Of a stretch of 64,000 nucleotides of DNA, positions 1 to 13,100 are shown in pieces. Each line of letters opens with the position of its first letter. Positions within the stretch are counted from its first letter, which is position 1. A program made the translations under genes and the position numbers. The stretch covers positions 7,088,840-7,152,839 of the forward strand of contig CM082594.2 in the NCBI GenBank assembly GCA_040954595.2, in the 5' to 3' direction. The stretch is from Balanoglossus misakiensis (Eukaryota; Animalia; Hemichordata). The notes beneath the pieces were generated by a model. That model had not been told where the DNA came from. It made no database searches and saw only the letters and a list, made by a program, of their open reading frames with translations.

Positions 1-333
1 ATAAGGGGGACTGTTGGATTATTACGTTCATTAACTTGTCTTGAGAGGAAATGTATCTGACAGGGATGTCCCTTCTCCGTTCTTCCATGTAATTACCGCA
101 CAATGTCTTGCCCGAGAGAACAAGGCATGTATTATTAAAGAGAGAGAGAGTGGCCTATATTAAAATGGTACATTTGGCAGATGGCATGTTTTGCCCAGTG
201 TTATCTGCAGGGAAAAGTTGCAAATGAGCTATAAGTGATTGTCATATCGGGAAATATTTAAATAGTAACACAATGTTAGCGAGGGCAATATCGTGATCTT
301 TAGCCTGCTTGAGGGGTGGTGATCTCTGACTGA

Positions 334-373
334 GAACTCGCGGGAACACAAATTCGAACTCGCGGGAACACAA
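334..373. repeat. Short direct tandem duplication (gaactcgcgggaacacaa x2, 22-nt period)
   Basis: Two exact 18-nt copies visible in the sequence. Confidence 0.85.
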
Positions 374-1121
374 CCTTGGTATTTCAAATAAGCACAAGCT
401 GAGTCCGTTCGTTTTATGTGATTTTAGACTGCCCTCCCGAAACTCTTATTTGCGGATGTACTAGTAGTATCCGCCGGGTGCAGTTGAAATGATACTTTGA
501 AATGCGATATTTCTTTGTGTTCTCAGTGTGAGATCCCGTGCTTCCCTTATGCAGATACACAACATGCCATACGTTCGGCGTGTTTACCTAGTCAACATGT
601 TACATCTATTTTAGCGCAAGGCTAAACAATGGATGAATCTCAACAAAGAACCTCACACGGCGAGCTGACCCACACGACGTCCGCCAGGTTCATTAAAATA
701 TTAAAAATAAGACTATATTACATAAATGAGCAATTTTATGCATAAACCCATTTTAGATGGCATTGTCTGGAGAACGTAAGTAGATTGGTTTTTGTCGTGT
801 TAAACATTTTCGAAGAGGGTACAGAAGTCTAAACCCACACATTACGGGTAAGAACCACAGTGGATATTCTGTCTTCTTCATGTCCCCCACACCTTTTGCA
901 TGTAATTTAGACTGAATATTGATATTTCTCTTTCTCGCATTCTCCATATGTCGCCTTTGTCAACACATCTGTTTGGTCATGCTCTTCTAATCAGCTGATA
1001 TGTCAGCCATTCACTAATTTTTGACACTTTATCGAGTTATGTATGATGTGGGTGGGTGTTTCCGAACCCATTCTGCGACAAGGAAAAGCTAGTAGCACCT
1101 TGACGAAAATGTTTTTTTTTC

Positions 1122-1210
1122 CGAGTTGTAGCACTTTAATTCTTTGAGTGGTGGCACTTGTAATCAACGAGTGGTGGTACTTCGTTACTGAGACGTCTAG
1201 CGCTTACAAT
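1122..1210. repeat. Degenerate ~23-nt minisatellite (gagt-g/t-gt-a/g-gcactt core)
   Basis: Units gagttgtagcactt, gagtggtggcactt, gagtggtggtactt and a decayed fourth copy at ~23-24 nt spacing. Confidence 0.55.
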
Positions 1211-1410
1211 CGGCGACCGAGATTGCCTGTAACTCTGTACAAAGAATACTAGTATACTAAATAGTAACGCCAAGCAACAACTCAGACGCCGGGCTAATTT
1301 CAGCTCAGTATGTACATTCGGTATGTCCGTGACCGAACGCCTTTAAAACGAACGTTTTTATAACCTTTGCCTAATTTACGTTTGAAACATACTCGACCAG
1401 GGGTCTGCAT

Positions 1411-1503
1411 TTAACCCTTTCACCAACATGTTTTGGTACATATCCACTGCTTTCTATGGTAAAGGTGGGCCTCTAAAGACGGAAACAGACGTGAAAGGGT
1501 TAA
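1411..1503 (-). mobile_element. piggyBac-type MITE family A, copy 1 (93 bp, opposite orientation to the other copies)
   Basis: Perfect TIRs TTAA-CCCTTTCAC...GTGAAAGGG-TTAA. A TTAA target with CCC/GGG ends is the piggyBac signature. The interior is the reverse complement of the copies at 29115, 31893, 33408 and 36850. Confidence 0.75.
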
Positions 1504-4500
1504 GCCGTTAGTCTGAAAATCGTGATTTCCGCAAAATGACCAATTACTGCAAATACTATTATAAATGCATTATACCGTGGTTCTATTGCGTCAGAGACGC
1601 GTGACCTTCCGTGATCTCGTCTTAACCCCTAATCAGGTAAAATGCAGGGTAATGGATATTTAAATAGGCAAATCTTCTTGAAATTGCTTTGCCTGACCAC
1701 ATACAGTACTAACCATATACTGCTCTCGCCTTCGTCATATATTACGCTGTGTTTGACAGTAATTGTTTTATCTGAACTTTTCGATATACCAACTTCGCAA
1801 TCCTTGTGTTATGTTACCATTTACAGAATGATCATATTACCAATAATACGAATACAGAGATTATCATAGCTTTTCAATCAATCACTTACGCCCGTATGAG
1901 GTTTCAACGCGATGAAACGTTTCGCCGAAATTTACAAAAAAAAACACGACAGAAGTGAGCATGGCGGATTAACTTTACTTCCCTTGGCAACCGTTCGCTC
2001 ACTCAGGTAATTAAAAGACAGAGCGGCGCATCTTTCCCCAATTCAAAGCCTATTCGCCGAAGCAAATGAACAGTACATGTACTTCAATTTCTAAGTGCAC
2101 TTAAAAGAATCACGTGACGCCACGTTCAGGTATTTGTCTTGTTATTAGGGCTTGCCACTGAAAGTAAAATAAATTTTAGCGCTGCCATTGAAGCATTGGG
2201 CCCATATGGCCTAGCATGTTACTTTACGTTTAATTTGTTTGCAAAGCATTATCGGGGAAGGAGTAGTGCGTTTTAACCTGACCAGTCAAATGCTCGTCAT
2301 GCATCATTGCGCGTGCGCGTACGTCTGGGAGGTTTGCGGAACTGGTATGTTCAGGATCTAGTCACGACTAATTTCAGGATGGGAGGAAACCTTCTATCTG
2401 CAAGTTTCATTCCTCGGGAATCGTTCGTGTGGAAAGCGGCGTGGAAGGAGGGAAAAGGAGATACACATTTTATGCATGCTTTCAATTTCACGAGTGTAAG
2501 CCTCGTATAAGTGCGGTGAACGTCAGGGCCGAGAGAAAGAGGAAATGACAGTCCTGTTTCTGTAATTACAGAAGCCAGGACGTGTTTATCGGAATTTATT
2601 GCCTTCTTGACCCAAATGAGCAAGACTTGTTAGGCCTATACACACCGGACAAACATTTGTTTCCTGAAACGGCGCATGAGCAGGCTCCATTCCAAGGTGT
2701 TCCTCATGAAAAGGCCGACTCTTAGAGGTTTTATTCCCGTCATGAAAGAAAATGCGAAAAAATCGCACATTTGAGGAGAAATTAAAATTTGCGGCGGAAC
2801 AGTAGCCAATCAGATGACGAGAAATAGATGGTCGTGAGTCACCTCTATGACGTCCGTAAGCACAGACACGTGACATGACGTACCATGCATAACAGCGTCA
2901 AATAGTGTATTAAACCATCAAATCGTTCAAATAAAAAATCAAGAATGGTTCAATAAAACAAACGGGATCGTCGCGTATTAATCGTAGAACACAAAATTTC
3001 GAATGAAATATTTTTCCTAGTAAAAGCAAATCTGATTATGATGAAAGTGTATCAGAAATGGAGGCAAAGTTATCAGAGGCGATTATCAAAGGTCGGCGGG
3101 TTACATTTCTTCGGGCGTTCGCTAATGCGTCCGATGGAAACTAATTGCAGCGCACGGTAGAGAGTGCGGGGGAAATGAGTCCAATTTCCAACTGCAAGAA
3201 ACTGATCGGGTCTTTAGAAGAAACATTCAAACCTTTGACACGAGAGAATAGACCTGGTTGAGACAGGAGAACGCCTTTACAATCTGATGGTGATTTGCTG
3301 CGTCTTTTCATCGTGATGATGGAAACCCGCCACGAACGCTGCAGCTTGAATTACTGTTTGTGGGGCTTTGCGCTGCCATCTTGTCTCATAAAAAGAAGCC
3401 TTCATGCTAGACGCTGTTACGGACGACATGAGCATTTAAGGGGGCAATCTGCTGGAAAATGACAGCGGTTACCGGTAATTGCTCGGTAAATGAGTGACAG
3501 TGATTTTCTCTCCATCAAAACTGGGACGGCGTATGCAAATCCAGGGATGTTTATCCGCAGTTAACCGCGGGTCATGCCAAATAGATTTAGAAGGAGTATC
3601 GCTGTCTGTTCATCGATGGAGATAATGAGACGGTGTCCTCGTCTCTCGCCCGGTTACCGAGGAAGTACACAGACTCCCAGACACGTAAAATGTCAAACGT
3701 GTTCAGTTACGTGAACAAGATAGCAAATATTCTGATATAAAAATTGAAATTAAACGCCATTTTTTTGTCTTGGAAAACCTGACGGGGAAACGTTGTCGCG
3801 AAAGATTCCCCTTTATGCAAATCTCTATAGTCTGAACATTTTGTGCAGACGATAAAAAACATGCGCTGCGGGGTTTGCTCAGTGTGGGACTACATTGGAA
3901 CGTACATGTATGTTATTCAGAATATCATTTGAAGGTAAATGTATATATGTAACACTTCTTCTAAAGAAACTTCTTGCTTTTGATGAGGAGGTAACATTCA
4001 CGCAGCTACACAAATGGACGCCAAAAGGATTCATACGAAAATATCCAGCATTATCATGTACTCTCTCATATCTTACAATTGCTGTGCCCGATCCCGTAGG
4101 CCCCTTATATTCATTCAAACCAATCTTTCAAACATTTGAACAGGCGATGTTTGTCGCGCTACGAGTTCGCGAGAAGATGGTCGTCAACACGCTCGCGACC
4201 AGTGTTCCCTCAGGCCGTGCTCGTTACAGATATGTCGTACACACTGTTCGCCGTCAGCGGCGAGCGCAAACATGCAATTTTCACGGAAGGGCCGCAGTGC
4301 GAGTATCTCGCTTGCGGGCGTCACCCATTGTCGTGTTTTTCTCACTTTTCAGTGACTCACGGAGACGGCGCCGACGTCTTAGTGATGTGCACGCTTTCAA
4401 ATTCTTTTCCCCATGCAATAAAAAAGCACCGTTATTGCAATATCTGAAGAACTTTCATTTTTCAGACGACGGTGTAACTCCTCGGCAATCACGTGATCTC

Positions 4501-5402
4501 GCTATTGAACGGTCAATACCCTACATCGACTGCATTTTAAATTGCTACGGTCGATATCACTTCACAAAGATTTGCAAGGTAATAGTCTCATGATATAAGA
4601 TGAAAAATAATTTGAAAAGAGAAATTGGGAATCGGTTTCATATTGATTTCACTTGGGCAGATAATTACCGTAATCACGGCGACAGACAGAAATTTTAAAT
4701 CGTGCAGTTCAGTGACAATTAGACAATATGGATCATGCACGACAATACTTTACGCCTAATGGCATATTTTAAGGTGCTTTATAGGTTTTTGTGCAGTCAT
4801 GCCACCATACGGTACATCTGCGGCGTGTTAATAGTTCTACCATAGTCACGTCCGATTCCCCTCCCCCCAATAATTTGAATAATTGGGTTTAATTTTGAAT
4901 ATGTAATTCTGTACGTTATTCTCTTCGGATATTCTCTAGATGCGAGGTATGTCAATAGATAACAAAACATACACGGTTTGGCCAGTATTGCGAAGCCGCC
5001 AGTCAATCAATCAGGACCCCGTCGATCGATGTCCAGTTGAGATTAAAGTGTTTAGGTGGAAATAACATGATTTTGCAAATAGGTAATTGGCTCATCACCA
5101 TCTCTGTCTGCCATGCGGCTTTATATGCAAAAGCTGCCCCGATGCGAAAATAAATAACAAAGTATTGAGAAACACCTTAATTGAAATGCCAGCCAGAAGG
5201 GGCTCGTAGATCAATAGAATGCAGGATTTTTATGGAACGCACTATTTCTCGCATGGCTGTTTATGCTGTGATTTGAACTCGCTGAACTAAAGGGGGTTTA
5301 TTGAAATGAATACCTACCCATTTTAATGTCACTTCTGTTTCATACTTGCATGTTCTTTTTCTTCGTAAAACATTAAACATCCGGATCTGTGGGATATATG
5401 CA

Positions 5403-5588
5403 TAGAAAAATCGTTCTTAACGTGTTTGAGGGGTGACTTGTATAAATAAAGGATAACTCACCTAGTTTAAAGGTAGAATTTCATTTATCGTTAGAAAAAT
5501 CACTCTTACGTATACTGTGTTTTAGGGGTGATCGACATAAATAATGGATAACTGACATCGTTTTAACGTAGAATTTCATTTATCATTA
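5403..5588. repeat. Diverged ~90-bp tandem duplication
   Basis: The unit tagaaaaatc...aggggtga...ggataact...gtagaatttcatttatc occurs twice head to tail. Confidence 0.8.
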
Positions 5589-6571
5589 ATCTGACTTTCA
5601 GCATTTCGGTTCTTTCAGTAAGACAGTGACATAAAGAGCTTAATACGCTTGGAATTATTTGAGGGATAAATGTGTATCGTTAATATTTGACCAAAATGAG
5701 ACATGACATTTTTTACAAAGTAAGGTTATAAATCAAGGCTGGACTGATTGATCAAACATAGTCGGATTTTCCGAGTCGGACTTTCTTTAAACAATCAGGA
5801 ACCTAGTGGTAATCTCTTGTGATATTGACTAGGCAAAAAAAACGTCTGCAAATTTAGAATGAATGTATTTCCCATAAGACCTTGTGAAATGAAATCACGT
5901 GATAATCATTCATAGAATAAGAAAGACATGAATCTCTCATCCAATCTTAAGGAAAAAATTATACCCCAAGGGAGGTCAGCACTCAAGAAGAGAACACTCT
6001 ATCGGAAGGGGTCACTTTCGCACCCGTTCTTGCTAAAAGGCAATTTTCATGAAACACATCGTTGGGGGGGGGGGGCAAAACGAAACCAGATCAAAGGTAC
6101 CGCAAAACCGGACTCCCTCCTTTGAAATCTGAACTGTATATCGACGTCGCCTTGAAGTTATTTTGACTGCTTGAAAAGCAGGCTCTATTTTGTGAGCTCC
6201 TACATAAAAGGAGCGCAAAGATGTCTGTTTGAATGGATATTTTGTTCTATTGAGCGTACTCTCTCACTATGAACGCAGTGAATAGGAAGGGCCCTATTCT
6301 ATGTCGCCTAATCATCTTAGAAGATATGCATATACAGGTTGTGAATAAACGAATCGCTTTGCATAACAATCCTCCCCTCATATAATCAGGAAAGGTGCTG
6401 TGACTGCTTTACGTCATATCGCCGTTCGACTTCCACTCGTTAAGGCTTTGTCCACAGGGAACAGCTGCGCGCGTTCTTTATCAATAATTTTATTTTTTGT
6501 ATTATTTGTGATTCCTTTTATCGCAACGGGTAAAATGTATAACTTATAAGAGGATTTTCTTTCAACCAAGA

Positions 6572-6574
<3 letters not shown>

Positions 6575-6604
<30 letters not shown>

Positions 6605-6848
6605 TGTATGTATGTATGTATGTATGTATGTATGTATGTATGTATGTATGTATGTATGTATGCATGTATGTATGTATGTATGTATGTATGTATGTATGTA
6701 CATGTATGTATGTATGTATGTATGTATGTATGTATGTATGTATGTTATTGTATGTATGTATGTATGTATGTATGTATGTATGTATGTATGTATGTATGTA
6801 TGTATGTATGTATGTATGTATGTATGTATGTATGTATGTATGTATGTA
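6575..6848. repeat. (TATG)n tetranucleotide microsatellite, ~68 units with a few interruptions
   Basis: Directly visible. It explains the spurious YIHT/MYVC ORFs. Confidence 0.98.
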
Positions 6849-8888
6849 CTGAGCTGTGCTGTGCTGTATTGCTGATCCACATTGTTGTCTACTGTTTTGC
6901 ACTGTCTCTATGGTTACGTATTTAACGGCCAGGGAAATGAGGCCTAATTTGCGAATAAGGGCGCGAGTTATAATCAAGTGCCCTACATTACTACCTTCGT
7001 AAAAAGTAATCATTCTCCTCCCTGAGATAATTTGCAAGACTACTGAAGTGATGCATTGTATCATACCCAGATGGATTCTCCTGAGGAGTTCCTTGAATGT
7101 AACGAGTGATTAGGAAATTTTAAGTGTATCTATTATTGGTTTGTCTTGTACCACTAAGTCGTCTCATTTATATGTGCTGTAGCACGAGCCCGGGTGTGTT
7201 GTGGGAAATAGCACGCGATTTCTGCTAAGATTAAAAATAAAGGCGGGAAAAGCTTATGCGCTTTCAGACGCCAGGTTTCTGTCGTCATCCCAGTGGCTGG
7301 CAACCCACAAGAACTTCCCTCATCCCTCATGCAATGTAGATCCCATTCATTTCAAGAGCTTCACAAACAGAGGTAGTAATGAGAACAAACGACTGCCAAT
7401 CGACGTGTGTTTGCTGTGATCTCATAGGGCACTAATTATAATCCTGAAACACTGCATGCTAATGCAATCGGAGTGAAGGATGTCAGAGAGCCTTTTAGAT
7501 TCTACTCCAAGCTGAAATCGTTTACAAACTGCTTCGGTGCCCGGTGACGCAAATGCGCCACGGCCATTTACATGTAGATCGTCACAGCTGTAAGGTCGGA
7601 GCCACACACAATGGCGGGCAATGCATCGTGTTAATGCTTGATCATCATGGTACAGGATTGAAATATCAAGGCTTTTATACGTCTTAAAATAGAACGTTGC
7701 GTGACTTTTTGGGTTTGAATCACGCCGGCAGCTTATTAGGCAATATAAGCTCATAGGGGACATCGGGAAAACACAACGCGGGGGGGGGGGGGTGAAATCA
7801 AATGTGAGCCTGCACCAATCGGAGGTCTCTTCACGTTGTTAGATGAATGTCCAGCCAACGACTGCAACTCGTTTTCTCAGAAGTGCACGGTGCCTGTCTA
7901 ATGAAACATTCATATCATCACCTGAAAATGCCACTTCGGGGAAATTAAAAGGGGATTGAAATAGATAACGGATATAATCAGCCAGCGACTCGTAAGATGT
8001 CTCGTTTGTAACCCTCCGAGGTAACTTGCTTCGGATAATTGGTACTTACGGCGAACGTGGAATTTCCACGACTAGCAGGCCCGTAATTGTCGGTATAAAC
8101 CGTACGATGGCACACCATAGACCCTTTGGGTGAATTTTGCACGTAAGCTCTAGCAATATGATGCGATCATATTGTGCAAATCCTTGTCAATAGAAATCAA
8201 TCGTCCGTGTCTTCATTGATATGGCAACCGAAAAGCCAGATGCCCGAAAGCTATATGAGCCTACGGCATTATTGCAACAATGGAGGCGTCTTTGTAAGAC
8301 AGATGTAGCTGGAGAAAAAAAATGTCTTCCAAGTCACAAATTCGGATTTAATTTGGACGTAGTACTGCAGGAGGCGAAAGGATCTATTTCGCGCCGACAA
8401 TTATCGACAACAGAACAAAGTTGCAGACGCAGCTTTGGGGCAGATTAGAGCCAGAGCTGCAGACGACATATCTATTCAGTCGGCAGCTCCTTGAAGATGC
8501 TACGCCCTGCAATTGGCGCGCTCGATGAGTAGTCCATCAAACAGTACTTTGTAGTCAAGACGATGTCGTACGTGTCTGCACTATCGAGCGAGGTTCTATC
8601 ACACTTGTGATTTGCGGAATAGATACTGTGCCACTCTGGCTGTCGTGCGTGAACACTTGACTCGGTTCCACAAAGTATGATTTCTCGCTCACCGATTTTT
8701 TTTTATTCTTCTATTTCTCCCTCGCAGGTTCATTCAACCAGGCAGACGTTTTAAAGTGAAAGAGGTACACAGGGGTGACTGGTTTTTTTTATTGCATTGG
8801 CTTACGACCCACTTACGATGTAGAGCACCGGATTGCGGTTAATGTGTCCAGAAGTGATGGAAGTTTCCCGCGCCCACAGTTGCCACTC

Positions 8889-10151
8889 ATGAATCTGCGA
8901 AGCATCGAAGAGGAAACGCATAAATTTGTGCGCGTTCTGCAGGGCAAGATGCCGCACCTGGGCAGGAAGTACCGCTACACGAAGATCATCTTCGTGCAGA
9001 ACAAGAAGAAGATGGTGTTCGGCACCATCGCCAAGTACAGCCTGGCCCTGGTGCTCATATGCATCTTCTGCGTCATGAACACCCTGGTGGTGCTGCTGTA
9101 TCAGGCCGGCGCCGGCGCCTTCGACGGGGCGCGGCCGCACGGCTCGCACATAGCCGGCTTTAGGTTCGCCGACCCGTTCGGTATGCACCTCATCAACATC
9201 GGTCAGTACGGCATCGCCAGCGTCATCTCCCCGGACGAGATCGACGAGGAGAGCCCGCACGACTACACAGTACTGATTAACCACCCCGACAGGTGTCGCA
9301 TCGTAGCAAACCAGACGAGGACGAAAGATATATTCCTCCTGATCTTGGTGACTTCAGCGCCTAGGCACTACACTAGGCGAATGGCTATACGCAAAACATG
9401 GGGGCAACCCCAGAGGCTGGGACAGTACAATAACAGAAATGTTATAACGCTTTTCCTTCTCGGGCGACCAAAGAATGCTAGTATACAAATGGCCCTCAAA
9501 CAAGAAGATCGTATATACCATGATATAATACAGGAAGATTTTATGGATAGTTATAAGAATCTCACAATCAAAACAATCATGGGACTCAAATGGTCTTATT
9601 ACTTCTGCCAAGAAGCTAAATTTATCATGAAAACAGATGATGATATGCTAGTCAACACAAAGACGTTGGTATCCTATCTTGAAACAGAGGATACCACGGA
9701 ACTGATGGTAGGATGGATGTTCAAAAATCCAAAAGTAGTTAGGGATCCCAACAGTAAGTGGTTTGTACCACTTGAACAGTACCCATACGCACTCTATCCG
9801 CCTTACTGTGTGGGAACAGGGTATGTGATGTCAGCAGATGTTGCGTTCAACGTGTACATGACGTCACTGAAAACTACCTTCTACTGGCTGGAAGACGTGT
9901 ACGTCGGGATGTGTCTCCTCAAGCTGGGAATCAAGCCCCGAATGAACGAGCTCTTCGACATGCGCAGTGCCCATTACGACTACTGCACCTACCGGAAGTA
10001 CTTGACCGTCCACGAAGTCAGCGTTCAAAATTTGTACAAAATGTGGGAGGACATGACACAGCGACAGAATGAAACCTGTGACGTCAAAGTCAACACTACC
10101 AAGGTGACTGTGAGTAGCAGCAGCAGCAGTGCTCACGCTGTAATGCCGTGA
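8889..10151 (+). CDS. B3GALT1: Beta-1,3-galactosyltransferase 1-like (GT31), paralog A, 420 aa, one coding exon
   Basis: Type II TM (LALVLICIFCVMNTLVVLL) plus GT31 motifs FLLILVTS, RMAIRKTWG, DIIQEDFMDSYKNLTIKT, FIMKTDDD (DxD), YPPYCVGTGY and EDVYVGMC. The true start is taken as ATG 8889 because it aligns with the paralog B start; the ORF-track GTG at 8775 is probably UTR. Splice acceptor ttctccctcgcag| at 8727 implies upstream non-coding exon(s). AATAAA at 11859 and 12596. The symbol marks family likeness, not proven orthology. Confidence 0.9.
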   Translation: MNLRSIEEETHKFVRVLQGKMPHLGRKYRYTKIIFVQNKKKMVFGTIAKYSLALVLICIFCVMNTLVVLLYQAGAGAFDGARPHGSHIAGFRFADPFGMHLINIGQYGIASVISPDEIDEESPHDYTVLINHPDRCRIVANQTRTKDIFLLILVTSAPRHYTRRMAIRKTWGQPQRLGQYNNRNVITLFLLGRPKNASIQMALKQEDRIYHDIIQEDFMDSYKNLTIKTIMGLKWSYYFCQEAKFIMKTDDDMLVNTKTLVSYLETEDTTELMVGWMFKNPKVVRDPNSKWFVPLEQYPYALYPPYCVGTGYVMSADVAFNVYMTSLKTTFYWLEDVYVGMCLLKLGIKPRMNELFDMRSAHYDYCTYRKYLTVHEVSVQNLYKMWEDMTQRQNETCDVKVNTTKVTVSSSSSSAHAVMP

Positions 10152-13100
10152 TTTGGGAAAAGTGCTCAATGTGCACAAAAAGTTGCACTGTTATTTTCAG
10201 AAGTCTCTTGCCACGGCACATTTACGTACAGAGTACCTATACGGCACGTTGAAACACCCAACATTCAGCTTTCCTGTAAGTCGCCTTGTATATGTCCAAC
10301 ATACATTGTTAATGTTGATAACTGAATTTAAGTGCGGACTTCAATTCAGTTTTGAACGATAGCAATCGGGCTACACATTTTAAACAGAGAGCCTAGTAAC
10401 ATTCAAACGTTGAACATCACGCGTGTCAGAGACTGAAGTTGGTGGAGGAAATGTACTGGAAGTGACATCAAAACTTACAGCTACAAAACTTGCCACACTA
10501 AGTCCTATTCTGATAACTTTACTTCAAATCTAGCTCTATCGAGTCCAGTATGATAAAATTTACTGGCGATGTTTTTTAAGTACTTGAATGTAAAATGTTT
10601 TTATTTCCGTTCTAAAAAGCGTGCGTGTATGATCGTAATTATTTTACTCTGACGAATTTTTTTCCTTAAAGCCAATAAGCTTAATACTCTGATTTTATGC
10701 TGACAACAGCCTAATGTATTGAGATATTTATTAAATATTTATTTATTTATCAAATGAACATTTATCGAATAACCAGGGTTTGTTACTGCAACTGACCTAT
10801 CAAAATAATTTTAACGTGTTTAGTTTTAAACAGCCTGTCTCCGATACAACTCGTAAACCCATTGGTCTACGTAACTTTTGGCGACAACCGGGTTCTTGTT
10901 CATCCTCGTCACGGTGTGCTCAGGGCAAAGAGCGCGCCACGGGCCTGTTTCTATTTCCTCGGAAAATTGCAGACTGTCACAGAATAGCGCTCCAGCCAAT
11001 TACAGTATTACTGAATATCCCCCCTGGTCTACATTTAAATTACCACACCCAGTAGCGTACAATTATTGCGTTGCTAGAAGACTCGTTATCGAAGCAGCTG
11101 CGGGCTACCTTATCCAGTATTTAGATTATGTTTCAATTAGAGGGTGCGTAATGAGGAGAGAGGGACTTGCTTTGGAACACTGGGAGGAGGGCCCCGTGGC
11201 TTGGATGGGTTGAAATCAATGTCACTTGTCCAAACTTTCCAGTGGAACCGCGTCCTCTCACTAACCAAGACACTGCCAGACAACGATGTTCTACACTACA
11301 GCGTCATACTGATATTTTCGGCGTGCGTTTGTCGAAACACAAACCTCTCGGTTACCATTTACATCTGTCTAAAATATTTAAGCGAATCTCAGGCATCAAG
11401 ACCGTTACAGAAATGATATTGAAATCTCCGCAGATTTCCTTCAAGAGTAAAGAACAGGAAGAGAGATGTATAAATTTCAGTGCATGTTGAACAAATTTTA
11501 ATGCCATTACATTTTTTTGTAATTTACGACCAATATGTATAAATATCTCTGGTGTAAAAAAATTGACCAAAGTTTTACTGTAGTATATACTTAGTAATGA
11601 TGTGTACTATGAATCATGAAAATCACGATTTTACTTCTTATATGGTCTTACATTTTACAGTGGATCTCTTTTACAATAGAATCTTTATTAGAAATATATG
11701 TAAGAGAATTATTTTAAATATAATGTGTACAAAACTCAAAATAGACGTGGAAACATTTCTTATTGTGAAGTCAGTGATGTTTATCATTTTTTCCTAAGAA
11801 ATGTCAAAGGGTATTGATTCAATGAAAAATTGACTTTGATGTCTCATTTTTTCACGATAATAAACGCCTACTCATATCCTTAGGAAGCAATGGTTCTCCA
11901 GAGTTTCGTCCGTTTCCATGGTAGAAAACATGCCTTTGAAATGAAGTATTATGTCCCTCACTAATATTTAGTAAAGCAGGCTCTGAAATGTATATAATTT
12001 TGAGAAGTTCATGTCTAGACGAAAGCAGCTGTTTATTACGTACGGGTCACCACGTTACTATACCAGCAATTTACCCTACCCACCAAAGCGTGATTTCATT
12101 GTGACGATTGTTAGAAGTTTGGATTGGCAGGTATACCGTTAATGAAGTGCTGAAAAGTTTGTGACTAAAGGCAACCAAATTGTCTGTGGGGGTTTTGTGT
12201 TTTGTTTTGCTCAAGCTTCCTTGCTGCTCACGGCCACTTCTATAAAAGCGATTACTAAAGCAACCTATCAACTGTGCTACCGTGGTTACCGATACAAACT
12301 ACAGAGGGCGTTTTAGGTTATCTTCACGATGTCTTGCTCGTATCGCTTGCCTTTTCACACCACAAACACGTTTTTTCTTTCTTTCTGGGGTGTGATAATA
12401 TTCTCATTAAGACATGTCTTGAGACAAAAAGACCACTTTAGACAGCTTAGGTGTATAAATAGATTCTTACATTTTCATGTCTGGTTCTGTTACTGCTCAA
12501 ATATCGTTTCAGTTGTTACAAGCAGCTTATTTGATTCCATCGTTGTTTAAGTTAATTTGTTATATGTTTTAAGATGATTGTACAGAAAAATTGACAATAA
12601 AGATTTCGATACATTCAGATGTCAACTAACTTGGTCAGCGCATTTGTTCATTTAAATGGGCATGTGTTTTTTGTTATATTTTTGTGAACAAGTTGAGAAA
12701 TTCGCGGTACATCATCAGAGAGCCCATTTAAAAGAGTTGAGGGAATATCTGCAATGAAGTGGAGACTTCTTGGTTTAGAAGAGATAATATTTCAACAAGG
12801 ATAGCGACATGTTAGGATTGTCAATCAGGGCAAGAGGTGTTGTTTTGAAAACTATAACGTAATAGCTGCACTGAGCCTTGGACATGAAGGTTACACTGCC
12901 CAATTTTAAAGAAAAACGTTCTATTGAAACACAGTTAATTTATCTTAACATGATTAAATTTCTCAAGTGGATACTTTCCATATATTCACAGATGGCTCAT
13001 GTTTGGTTCGGTGTATCCAGATGTGATTGCAGCCGTGGATAGAATTAAACTATTTTTAGGTTTCTGCTGGCTCTTCCTTCCCCTTTCTGTTAAATATGTG

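Noticed and set aside
3895-4593. 232-aa + strand ORF
   Set aside because: Non-ATG start and no recognisable domain. It overlaps a CpG-rich patch ending in a caag|gtaata donor, better explained as a possible non-coding exon of paralog A, which I also cannot confirm.
6414-7064. ORFs with YIHT/MYVC repeats
   Set aside because: They are translations of the (TATG)n microsatellite.
8775-8888. 38-aa N-terminal extension of B3GALT paralog A from a GTG start
   Set aside because: Non-ATG start, absent from paralog B; ATG 8889 aligns with the paralog B start.
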